A DNA stretch of 64,000 nucleotides from Eledone cirrhosa (Eukaryota), in contig OZ024751.1 in NCBI GenBank assembly GCA_964016885.1, positions 17,422,001 through 17,486,000 of the forward strand, in the 5' to 3' direction. This document shows positions 43,441-56,200 of the stretch, piece after piece (positions within the stretch are counted from its first letter, which is position 1; every line of letters starts with the position of its first letter). Both the position numbers and the translations under genes were made by a program. The notes under the pieces were generated by a model, which saw nothing but the letters and a program-made list of their open reading frames with translations, was not told the origin of the DNA and did not search any database.

Positions 43441-43547
43441 TCATTATATATATTTATATATATATATTATATATATATATTATATGTATATATATATATT
43501 ATATATATATATATATTACATATATAATATATATATATATATTATAA

Positions 43548-43596
<49 letters not shown>

Positions 43597-43663
43597 TATA
43601 TATAATATATATATATATATATTATATATATATATTATATATATATATATAATATATATATAT

Positions 43664-43694
<31 letters not shown>

Positions 43695-43763
43695 ATATAT
43701 ATATATATATAATATATATATATATATATAATATATATATATATATTATATATATATATATAT

Positions 43764-43795
<32 letters not shown>

Positions 43796-43857
43796 ATATA
43801 TTATATATATTATATATATATATATTATATATATATATAGATAGATATATATATATT

Positions 43858-43902
<45 letters not shown>

Positions 43903-44029
43903 TATATATATATAATATATATATATATATTAGTGGTGGAACACTGGAAGGTAATATCCGTAGTGGTAGAGCACTCAGTCCATGGGACGAGTTAGGTAGA
44001 AGTGGTTACACAACACTTAGTTCACCATA

Positions 44030-44069
44030 CCGAGAACAATTGTTTCATCTTAGCGGATCCTCAGCTCGG
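44030..44069 (-). ncRNA. Minimal hammerhead motif in the island 43930-44108
   Basis: Minus strand: CCGAG-CTGAGGA-TCCGCTAAGAT-GAAA-CAATTG-TT-CTCGG. Palindromic stem III, weak stem II. CTGAGTGCTC lies downstream (about 43969-43978). Confidence 0.7.
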
Positions 44070-44121
44070 AATGGGCATGGTTATAGGAACAGGAAGGACA
44101 ACAGTACTATATATATAATTT

Positions 44122-44243
<122 letters not shown>

Positions 44244-44269
44244 GATATATATAGATATAAGTTTGTATT

Positions 44270-44949
44270 ACTGGTGGGGCTGAGAATGAATGAGACTAAA
44301 ACAAAATATCTGCTAGAGAATGTTGAGAAGCCAGAGGGGATTACTAATGTAGGCGGCAAGGCGCTAGAATTGGTTGAGGACTTCCTGTATTTGGGAGGAA
44401 AGATTTGGAATACGGAAGATGATGTGGTTGAGAGGAAGATTAAAGCCTGGGCGGCGTGCCACAGCTTGAGATCGGTGTCGAAGTCGAACCTTCGTAAAGA
44501 CATGAAAATCCTCCTCTTCATTGCTGTAGTGGAGTCTGTGCTGCTGTACGGGTCTGAGACTTGGACACTGACCAAGAAACTCACTCAGATGGTGGATGGG
44601 TGCTACACGAGAATGCTGAGGATGCCTCTGAACATTAATCAGTATACACTGAGGATGAAAACCTCAGAGCTGTATGGGAGCCTCCCAAACGTCAGCTCAA
44701 AAGGGACACAGAGGAGACTGAGGTTAGCTGGACAGGCTGACCGATATCCGGAGTTGACATTGCACTCAGTGCTCCTGTGGGAGCCCCTACATAGACTCAC
44801 TGAAAGAAGAAGACCAAGGTTAACGTATGTTGATGCCCTAAGGACAGACACTGGTCTGTTGGAGACGCAGGACATGGCAGCGATAATGAGGGACAGAGAC
44901 CACTGGAGAGAACTCGTCCATTGATCTCGGGAATTTTATCCGCCCTAGA
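44270..44949 (+). mobile_element. 5'-truncated RTE-like non-LTR retrotransposon (RT C-terminus/thumb)
   Basis: [10 protein letters not shown]...VEDFLYLG...[14 protein letters not shown]...LRLAG...RPRLTY...DRDHWR, stop at 44924, short 3' tail running into (TA)n. The N-terminal part of the ORF-track protein is microsatellite. Confidence 0.85.
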
Positions 44950-44969
44950 ATATATATATATATATATAA

Positions 44970-47112
44970 CACTGGTAAACAGCTAAAATAGTTCTTACAT
45001 GTGAATTTGTGCATCTTACTAATTTCATAGCACTAAATTCAGTTTTGATATTCATTTTTTGCTATTGGACCAGAATGCCTTATTATGAAATCGAAAATAT
45101 GTTCCTCGTATTGCATTATTTATCCATTGTGTAACATATGATGATTTAGATATAAACATATTAACTTATTAATAAAAATATATAAACATATTTAACATTT
45201 TTTTTTAATACTTTGTATATTAACAAAACATTTCTGAACAACATTCTAAACATAACAAAATATTTCAAAACATTTCTAAAAAAATTTCTGGATTTTGCTT
45301 TTACGCTTGTTTTGATGGCTCTCCTCGCGTTGCAGTGTCCAGCAGTAGTCACCCATCATGTTGGGATTGAACCGACACTGATACCTACTCTCCATTGTGG
45401 AAATGTCCTGGTGAAACTTCTCTCCATGTTCATCACTGATGTCTCCTAGATTACTTTTGAAGAAATCCAGATGAGAATGGAAGAAATGAAGCTTCAACGA
45501 CATTCGTGAACCTAGATCGCGATAATTTTGTATCATGGTTTCAACAATTTCTTTATAGTTGTCTGCACGGTGGTCTGCAAGAAGGTTCTGTGTCACATCT
45601 ACAAATGATTTCCATGCATTAGTCTCCAAAGGGTTCAGTGTTTTCGTAAACTCTCTATCATTAACCAGCATACGAATCTGAGGACCATTCAAATCCCCTG
45701 CTTTTAACTTTGCTTCAGATACCACTCTACGCAATTTCTTACACAAGTACTGAAACCCATTACCTGTATGATCCATGCTTTTAATAAAGTTTTTGGCCAA
45801 GCCTAATTTGAGATGTAATGGAGGGAGGAATACTTTTTCTGGATCCACGAGAGGTTTGTACAGACAGTTGAATCTACCGGGTGCATCGTTTGGTCTTGTT
45901 GGCCAATCCTTCTTCATGTAGTGCTCCGCATCTCCTCTACTATTCCACAAACATAGAAAACACATATGCTTTGTGTAACCAGTCTGAAGACCTAGAAGTA
46001 AACTAATTACTTTGAGATCTCCACAAACTGATGAAAGCAAAATCTTCATAGTTTCATAATTCTCAGTCATATTTGTTAGGTGTGCAATTGGTACGGAGGG
46101 AAGCCGATTTCCATTGTGGAGAAGGGCTGCTTTTAGAGTATTTTTTCCTGAATCAATGAACAACCTCCAATCATCTTGTTTGTATGAATCAGATTTACAG
46201 AGTTGATGCATGAGAGAATCTGCATCATGACAATAGCAAAGGTTATTTTCCATTTTGAAAAATGCTGAGAGTTGTTTATGACGATGACGAGCGGTTGTAA
46301 TGCGGACGCCAGGTCCCAGTAGGTTTCGTTGCTTCAGTCTTGATCCCAGGAGATCTGCCTTTTCTGTAGACAAATGTAGGTCTCTAATGAGATCGTGAAG
46401 AGCCTCCTGATTAAATTGTATGGGTTCACTTGTCTCATGTTTGTCTTAATAGTCATCATCAATAGAGGTGCTACTGGAATCAGAATCAGAGATTAGCTCG
46501 TGTTCAGCAGGTGGAACTGGAACAGGTAATTCGTCACTGTGAGGTACTGATCGGATTGCTAACGAGATATCGGAATATAGATGTGTAGTTTGTGTCTTCA
46601 CAGTTATTCCTTGGCTGTTTATATGGCAGAAGTAGCAATCGTTATTGTAGTCTTTTGGTTCTCGCCACACCATTGGTACGGCAAATGGCAAACCAGAGCT
46701 TCGTTTCCCATTCTTCCATTCACTTAGGTGATTAACACATGAGATTCATGCTATTCGAGGCGCCCATTTCTTGTCCTGGTCTCCTAATGGACATTTGAAG
46801 CAGAATTTGTAGTTTACTCGAACGGCTTTTGTAATTGGTTTCTTTATGCTTTTGAGGGGTAAAGAGTCCACAAATATAGCAAAATCGGTCCGGGTCATTT
46901 ACACATTTCCGGCGTTCCATCTCTCCATCTAGTAAAAGTTGCTGTGAATTATCCAAGAATGGCTGAGGATAGTTACAATTCTGTGATCTGAAACAAAAGC
47001 AGTAAATATAAATTAGTTAACTAAATATAGTGGATACAATTGGATGAAGTAATATGAGCCCCATAGCTATAGGCCATAAACATGGATATGCTGGTTCTCG
47101 AAAACTAGACCC
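44970..47112 (-). mobile_element. Chapaev3-like (CMC) DNA transposon, decayed transposase
   Basis: CAC terminus (CACTGGTAAAC at 44970). Fragments CVNDPDRFCYICG, MPFAVPMVWREPKD...CYFC, WRLFIDS, CGDLKVISLLLGLQTGYTKHMCFLCLW, LPPLHLKLGL and SDEHGEKFHQDI, split by stops and frameshifts. The second terminus was not seen. Confidence 0.78.
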
Positions 47113-47442
47113 GATATATATATTTGTATATATATGTGCATATGTACGTATATGTGTATATATATATATATATTTGTATATATATGTGCATATATGTATG
47201 TCCGTATATACGTATATATATATATATATTTGTATATATATATGTGCATATATGTATGTACGTATATGTATAGATATATATATAATATATATATTATATA
47301 TATATATATTATATATATATATATTATATATATATTATATATATATTATATATATATATATTATATATATATATATTATATATATATATATTATATATAT
47401 ATATATATAATATATATATTATATATATATATAATATATATA

Positions 47443-47474
<32 letters not shown>

Positions 47475-47770
47475 GTATTATATATATGTATTATATATAT
47501 ATGTATTATATAATTATATATATAATTTATATATATAATTATATATATAATTATATATATAATTTAGTCTACAATTGTATTATTATTACTATATATATAA
47601 TATATATATTATAATATATATATATATATAATATATATATATTATATATATATTATAATATATATATATATATAATATATATATATATATATAATATATA
47701 CATATATATATGTATATTATATATATATATAATATATATATATATTCTATATATACATATATTATATATA

Positions 47771-47813
<43 letters not shown>

Positions 47814-48029
47814 ATATATATATAATATATATATATATTATATATATATTATAATATATATATATAATATATATATATATAATATATATATATATTATAT
47901 ACATATTATAATATATATATATATATATATAATATATATATATATTATATATATATAATATATATATATATTATATATATAATATAATATATATATTATA
48001 TATATAATATATATATATATTATATATAT

Positions 48030-48103
<74 letters not shown>

Positions 48104-48244
48104 ATATATATATTATAATATATATATATAATATATATATTATATATATAATATATATGTATTATATATATATATATATAATATATATATATTCTATATA
48201 TATATTATAATATATATATATTCTATAATATATATATATTCTAT

Positions 48245-48815
48245 ATTTGTCTAGACAAATTACAGAAGCAATAAACATAAAATAATTACAACCAAAATTA
48301 AATAGAAAATATGAGTGGAACAGCAACATCACAACTTACAATTAAGGACAAAATGAAAACACACACACACATAGAACAAACAACCAACCAATAACATGTA
48401 AATAAATAAATAAATAAACAAATAGATAAATGAACATAAACACACACAGACATCCAGATGTGGCGCATGCGCAAACTGTGCACACAACACACACACAGAA
48501 CAAAATCGCGTAGGACAGAAGAAAGGAAAGGCACAGAAACAAAGAAAGGAATCCCAGTCACTGAAGAGGTCACAGAATGTGTGACGAAAGGACTATGACT
48601 ATATATAAACAACTATCTGGTTGTGGAACCAACCAACCCATCAGAAATTTATAGATTTGTAAATTTGTAAATTTATAAATATATAATAAATTGAAGTGAA
48701 AGCACTGGTGCGTGTGTTTCTTATTGGCAACATGACCCTCCCAAAGTATAACAATATCGGTTTCAACACACGATTTCAGATAAAGAATCTTGCTAAACAA
48801 ATTCAGAAACGAAAT
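48245..48815 (+). mobile_element. Family H element embedded in AT-rich minisatellite
   Basis: The 3' part GTGCGTGTGTTTCTTATTGGCAACATGACCCTCCC resembles 34870-34925. It contains a hammerhead. Confidence 0.7.
48556..48600 (+). ncRNA. Minimal type I hammerhead ribozyme (family H)
   Basis: AGTCA-CTGAAGA-G-GTCACA-gaatg-TGTGAC-GAAA-GGAC-TA-TGACT. Confidence 0.8.
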
Positions 48816-49124
48816 ATATATATATAATATATATATATATATAATATATATATAATATATATATATAATATATATATAATATATATAATATAATATATAT
48901 ATAATATATATATTATAATATATATATATATATATAATATATATAGTATATATATATATATATACATATACGTACATACATATATGCACATATATATACA
49001 AATATATATACAAATATATATATATATATACGTATATACGGACATACATATATTCACATATATATACAAATATATATATATATATACACATATATGTACA
49101 TATGCACATATATATACAAATATG

Positions 49125-49182
<58 letters not shown>

Positions 49183-49495
49183 ATACATATATGCACATAT
49201 ATATATATATGTATACGTACATACATATATGCACATATATATACAAATATATATATATATATACACATATACGTACATATTCACATATTTATACAAATAT
49301 ATATATATATATATATATGTATGTATACGTACATACATATATGCACATATATATACAAATATATATATATATATACAACATATACGTACATATTCACATA
49401 TATATACAAATATATATATATATATGTATGTATACGTTCATACATATATGCATATATATATATGTATACTTATATACATATATGCACATATTATA

Positions 49496-49568
<73 letters not shown>

Positions 49569-50366
49569 AGAGAGAGAGAGAGATAGTGAGCGAGTGTGAG
49601 AGAGAATGGCAGAAATCCAGGAAGATAAATGATTCTACATTTCAATGACATTGTGACGCATGTTAATGGAAGCATAACAGATAATTAATGACCTCTTAAC
49701 AAATAATGAATAATGAGAATGTAAATGAAATGGAAATGGATGGAGATTTTAAACCATGACATTTATACGATAGAACACCTTTGCCACATCAGTAATTGTA
49801 CTGTAATCAAGATTTGGTTCATTAAACCTCATTTATTAAAAGAGTCTTGAAGTAATAATAGCATGAATGCTTATGACTTTCCTATTGATATTAACAGATT
49901 TACGCTTAAAATCGAAAAGAAATACCATGTTTAAAATACTTTATATAGCATATTTATGTATTTGCTTGTCTATATGCGTCTGTAAGCTTGTCTCCATTTG
50001 TTTGTATGGGTGTGTGTGCATGTGCGAATATCTGTAAGCGTGTGCGTGTGTTGCTTCAGCGAATGTCTTTATAATGTTTGACTTTATTACAATAAATATA
50101 TCATTGTATGTGAAGGTGGATAGCTTATGTTATTTAAGGTATCATGCTCTCAAATGTAAGCTTGTGATTTCGGATCTCAAGCAAGAGGGCTTGTTGTGTC
50201 CACGAACAAGACATTTTATCATACCTGGTTCAAGTACGGTCTTGGAAATAAACTTGGAAATAAACTGAATGTACTGGGGTCGGTATGATTGACAATAAAA
50301 CAACAACATTGAATACGGTGGACCCAGTATGGCCTTAGTCTAATAGCTAAAACTTGTAAAAGAAAA

Positions 50367-50998
50367 TAATTGTTTCTACTTTAGGCACAAGGCCAGCAAT
50401 TACCCAGTGCATTACTGTAAAAGAAAATAATGTATATATAACAGACTACACAATATAAGGTTTCACGTAGAATTCGAGTAATTTATCTTCTTTTTCTATA
50501 AATAATTGTTTCTACCTTTGGCACAAGGCTGCAATTAACCAGTGTATTACTGGTACTTTATTTTATCGACCCCGTAAGGATGACGGGCAAAGTTAACCTC
50601 GGCGGGATTTGAACTCAGACCATAAAGGCCGTAACTCATGCGTCAAGGCATGTCGTCCGACTCTCTACCGATACTGCCAAAATATAACGAATCTGAAGAT
50701 GAAAGAGTGAGGGAAATAATTGAATAAAAGAAAGAACGGTTGAAGGAAAATAACGAAAGAAAATATTGAATGAAATAACTAAAATATAATATTGAACGAA
50801 TGGCAATATAATTGTTTCTAGTTTTGACACAAGGCCAGCAATTATCAGAGTGTATTACTGGTACTTTATTTTATCGACCCGTAAGGATTAAAAGGCAAAG
50901 TTGACCTCGCGGGATTTGAAATGAGATCACAAAGGGCCGTAACACTTTGTTGCGAAGCAGGACGTCTTACCCTCTACCGATACTGTCAATCCACCGTC
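50367..50998 (-). mobile_element. SINE cluster (3 copies or fragments)
   Basis: Copies at about 50367-50417, 50503-50680 and 50809-50998 match the SINE consensus. Confidence 0.8.
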
Positions 50999-51536
50999 CT
51001 TTTTTTCTATGAATAATATCTGTAGATAACAGAATGGGGCAAGCCAAAATTCTGCAAAGAGAAGCTCTAAAAATGATATGCTGGTTCTTGACTAATAGAA
51101 TATGGTCCATTAGACGCCGAATAATCTTTTTTATAAGAATTAGATTTTAAACAAATGCATTATATATTTGCTTTGATGTGTAACCATTGTAATATTTACC
51201 GATATTATCAAGCTTTCGGCACGAGAGCCAGTTATGAATGTTTCACAGATTTTTTTTTTTAAATGTAGTATAGGAAACATTTTCGTGAACCGTACATGGG
51301 GGAAACGAGTAGGCAATCTTCTGAAACTCACACACAGATTGTACCAGTTATACAATGTTGTTTGATGACGTATATTGCCTTACTAGCAATAATTAGTATA
51401 GGTCAGTGGTCACGAACCACCTGGTTGAGGACCCGGTCTGGGCTGAGGAACATTTCGTACAGGGCCTTTTTTTCTTTTTTCTTGACTAACGTGGTCTACC
51501 TTGTGTTGAGTTCAGTCACGTTTACAGTACACATTA

Positions 51537-52064
51537 ATAATTTTTTCTACTTTTGGCACAAGGCCAGCAATTATCCCAGTGGTACCTTGTTTTCTCGATC
51601 TCGTAAGGATGAAAAGCAAAGTTAACCTCGGCGACATTTGAACTCAGATCATAAAGGGCCGTAACTCTTTGTGCAAAGCATGGCGTCCGACCCTCTATCG
51701 ATACTGAATGATTTCTAGTATATGCACAAGGCCAGTAATTTGGGGCGCGGAGAAAGTCAATTAAATCGACCCCAGTACATTACAGATGTTTTATTTTATC
51801 GACCCCGTAAGGATGAAAGGCAAAGTTAACCTCGGTGGAATTTGAACTCAGATCGTAAAGGGATGTAACTCCATGCTGCAAAGCATGGTGTCAGACCATC
51901 TACCGATACTGCCAATCCACCAGCCTACAGTATACATTAATAATTGTTTCTACTTTTGGCACAAGGCCAGCAATTAACCAGTGTATTACTGGTACTTTAT
52001 TTTATCGACCCCGTAAGGATGAAAGGCAAAGTTAACATTGACGGGATTTGAACTCAGACCGTAA
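51537..52064 (-). mobile_element. Three stacked SINE copies
   Basis: Separated by the repeated target ACAGT(A/T)(C/T)ACATTAATAAT at about 51524, 51927 and 52064. Confidence 0.8.
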
Positions 52065-52880
52065 CAGTTTACATTAATAATAAAATTAAGTAACGTGTAC
52101 TTATTGCCTATTGTGGTAGAGAGAAAGAACCAATCCCCAGTACTGGATTGGAACTAATGTGATATTGGTCTCTCTATATAAAGATTAGCACAAGCCCTAA
52201 CTCTTCAAAACCTATTAGGGGTCTACTTAGCATTAATCGTAGCACCGACTCTAAGAACAGTTGATTGTGTTAAGCCTTTAAGCCGTGATTCAGAGCGAGT
52301 TGGTTCCGTAGGCTAGAACATCCAGAATACATGAAATTCCAACCGAGCTATGTTTACCGTCACAAACGCCTACGTAATGCTATTATCTATGCGTATTGTG
52401 AAAAAATAAACACAGCTTCACTGTTACAGATACCTAAATATGAAATGTTACGCGATGGGTCCCCCTCCCCCCACACACACACATCCCCGGCGGACAGGAT
52501 GGAGGACGGCAAGGGAGACGCGCTGGAAAAGCCACTCCAACATCGGCGGTGAGATTGATTTCATGTGGAGAGATAGGATCAAGTTAAAAATATATTGCTT
52601 CAATGTAATGGGAAAGACACGATTCAGAGGGGACGTGAAGTCTTCTGTTGAGTGAAAGGGGAGATTTGTAGATGTGTTCAAGTTACTATAACAAGGAAAA
52701 GGAATAAATAAAGGTTGAGAGTCGGACGCTCTGTTGAGTCTGTCCAACAATGAAGCGAGAGGGAACGACTGACAGCAATTACGATAATGTCATTATGCGA
52801 AGATAGTTAAATTAAACGCACTTGTCATCACTAAATCTCAACTTATTAATCCGTTGGTAGACAACGTTTATCCTTCAAAT

Positions 52881-52882
<2 letters not shown>

Positions 52883-52930
<48 letters not shown>

Positions 52931-52933
52931 TAC

Positions 52934-53016
<83 letters not shown>

Positions 53017-53064
53017 ATAGCAGTAGTGGTAGTAATAGTAGTAGTAGTTGTAGCAGTAGTAGTG

Positions 53065-53141
<77 letters not shown>

Positions 53142-53148
53142 TGTAGTA
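52883..53148 (+). repeat. Compound trinucleotide microsatellite (ATT)n-(AGT)n
   Basis: Direct reading. Confidence 0.95.
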
Positions 53149-53289
53149 AACTAAATTAATAGCAACAATAACAATATCTATAATCTATATAATAGCCAGT
53201 GTGGGCTGGTTACTTGATTGCCGGTCGGCTGGGAGGAAAGACAATGTACAAGAGAGATGGTGGTGAGAAATATAGAGTGTGAGAGACAG

Positions 53290-56200
53290 AAAGATAAATG
53301 AGAGAGAAAGATGAAGGAGAGAGAAAGATAAAGGAGAGAGAAAGATGAAGGAGAGAGAAAGATGAAGGAGAGAGAAAGATAAAGGAGAGAGAAAGATGAA
53401 GGAGAGAGAAAGATGCAGGAGAGAGAAAGATAAAGGAGAGAGAAAGCTGAACGAGAGAGAAAGATAAAGGAGAGAGAAAGATGAACGAGAGAGAAAGATG
53501 AACGAGAGAGAAAGATGAACGAGGGAGAATGATGAACGATAGAGAAAGATGAACGATAGAGAATGATGAACGAGAGAGAAAGATGAACGAGAGAGAAAGA
53601 TGAACGAGGGAGAATGATGAACGAGAGAGAAAGATGAACGATAGAGAAAGATGAACGATAGAGAAATATGAACGAGAGAGAAAGATGAACGAGAGAGAAA
53701 GATGAACGAGAGAGAAAGATGAACCAGAGAGAAAGATGAAGGAGAGAGAAACATGAATGAGAGAGAAAGATGAACGAGGGAGAAAGATGAAGGAGAGAGA
53801 AAGATGAAGGAGAGAGAACGATGAACGAGAGAGAACGATGAACGAGAGAGAAAGATGAACGAGAGAGAAAGATGAACGAGAGAGAAAGATGAACGAGAGA
53901 GAAAGATTAATGAGAGAGAAAGATGAACGAGAGAGAAAGATGAATGAGTGAGAAGGATGAACGATAGAGGAAGATGAGCCAGAGAGAGAAAGATGAACGA
54001 TAGAGAAAGATGAATGAGGGAGAATGATGAATGAGAGAGAAAGATGAACGAGAGAGAAAGATGAACGAGGGAGAAAGATGAAACAGAGAGAAAGATGAAC
54101 GAGGGAGAAAGATGAACGAGAACGAAAGATGAACGATAGAGAAATATGAACCAGAGAGAAAGATGAACGAGAGAGAAAGATGAACGAGAGAGAAAGATTA
54201 ACGATACAGAAAGATGAAAGAGAGAGAAAGATGAACGAGACAGAAAGATGAACCAGAGAGAAAGATGAACGAGAGAGAAAGATGAATGAGAGAGAAATAT
54301 GAACGAGGGAGAATGATGAACGAGGGAGAAAGTTGAACGAGAGAGAAAGATGAACGATAGAGAAAGATGAACCACAGAGAAAGATGAACCACAGAGAAAG
54401 ATGAACGAGAGAGAAAGATGAACGAGAGAGAAAGATGAACCAGAGAGAAAGATAAACGAGAGAGAAAGATGAATGAGACGGAAAGATGAACCAGAGAGAA
54501 AGATAAACGAGAGAGAAAGATGAACGAGAGAGAAAGATGAACGAGAGAGAATGATGCATGAGAGAGAGAGATGAACGAGAGAGAAAGATGAAAGAGAGAG
54601 AAATATGAACGAGGGAGAAAGTTGAATGAGAGAGAAAGAGGAACGAGAGAGAATGATGAATGAGAGAGAAAGATGAACGAGAGAGAATGATGAACGAGGG
54701 AGAAAGATGAACGAGGGAGAAAGATGAACGAGAGAGAAAGATGAATGAGGGAGAAAGATGAACGAGAGAGAATGATGAACGAGAGAGATATATGAACGAG
54801 AGAGAAAGATGAGCGAGAGAGAATGATGAACGAGAGAGAAAGATGAACGAGAGAGATATATGAACGAGAGAGAAAGATGAACGAGAGAGATATATGAACG
54901 AGAGAGAAAGATGAACGAGAGAGACATATGAACGAGGGAGAAAGATGAACGAGAGAGATATATGAACGAGGAAGAAAGATCAACGAGAGAGACATATGAA
55001 CGAGAGAGAAAGATGAACGAGAGAGAAAGATGAACGAGAGAGAAAGATGAACGAGAGAGAAAGATTAACGAGAGAGAAAGATGAATGAGAGAGAAAGATG
55101 AACCAGGGAGAAAGATGAACGAGAGAGAAAGATGAACGAGAGAGAATGATGAATGAGAGAGAAAGATGAACGAGAGAGAAAGATGAAAGAGAGAGAAATA
55201 TGAACGAGGGTGAAAGTTGAATGAGAGAGAAAGAGGAACGAGAGAGAATGATGAATGAGAGAGAAAGATGAACGAGAGAGAATGATGAATGAGAGAGAAA
55301 GATGAACGAGAGAGAAAGATGAAAGAGAGAGAAATATGAACGAGGGTGAAAGTTGAATGAGAGAGAAAGAGGAACGAGAGAGAATGATGAATGAGGGAGA
55401 AAGATGAACGAGAGGGAAAGATGAATGAGAGAGAAAGATGAACGAGAGAGAATGATGAACGAGAGAGATATATGAACGAGAGAGAAAGATGAACGAGAGA
55501 GATATATGAACGAGAGAGAAAGATGAACGAGAGAGATATATGAACGAGAGAGAAAGATGAACGAGAGAGACATATGAACGAGGGAGAAAGATAAACGAGA
55601 GAGATATATGAACGAGGGAGAAAGATCAACGAGAGAGAAAGATGAACGAGAGAGAAAGATGAACGAGAGAGAAGGATGAACGAGAGAGAAAGATGAACGA
55701 GAGAGAAAGATGAACGAGAGAGAAAGATGAACCAGAGAGAAAGATGAATGAAAGAGAAAGATGAATGAGAGAGAAAGATGAACGAGAGAGAAAGATGAAT
55801 GAGAGAGAAAGATGAACGAGATAGAAAGATGAACGAGAGAGAAAGATGAACGAGAGAGAAAGATGAACGAGAGAGATATATGAATGAGAGAGAAAGATCA
55901 ACGAGAGAGAAAGATGAACGAGAGAGAAAGATGAACGAGAGAGAAAGATGAACGAGAGAGAAAGATGAATGCGAGAGAAAGATGAACGAGAGAGAAAGTT
56001 GAACGAGAGAGAAAGATGAACGAGGGAGAAAGATGAACGAGAGAGAAAGATGAACGAGAGAGAAAGATGAACGAGGGAGACAGATGAACGAGAGAGAAAG
56101 ATGAACAAGAGAGAAAGATGAACCAGAGAGAAAGATGAACGAGGGAGAAAGATGAACGGGAGAGAAAGATGAACCAGAGAGAAAGATGAACGAGAGAGAA

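Noticed and set aside
52854-53159. Poly-Ile/poly-Ser ORF
   Set aside because: Translation of the (ATT)n-(AGT)n microsatellite.
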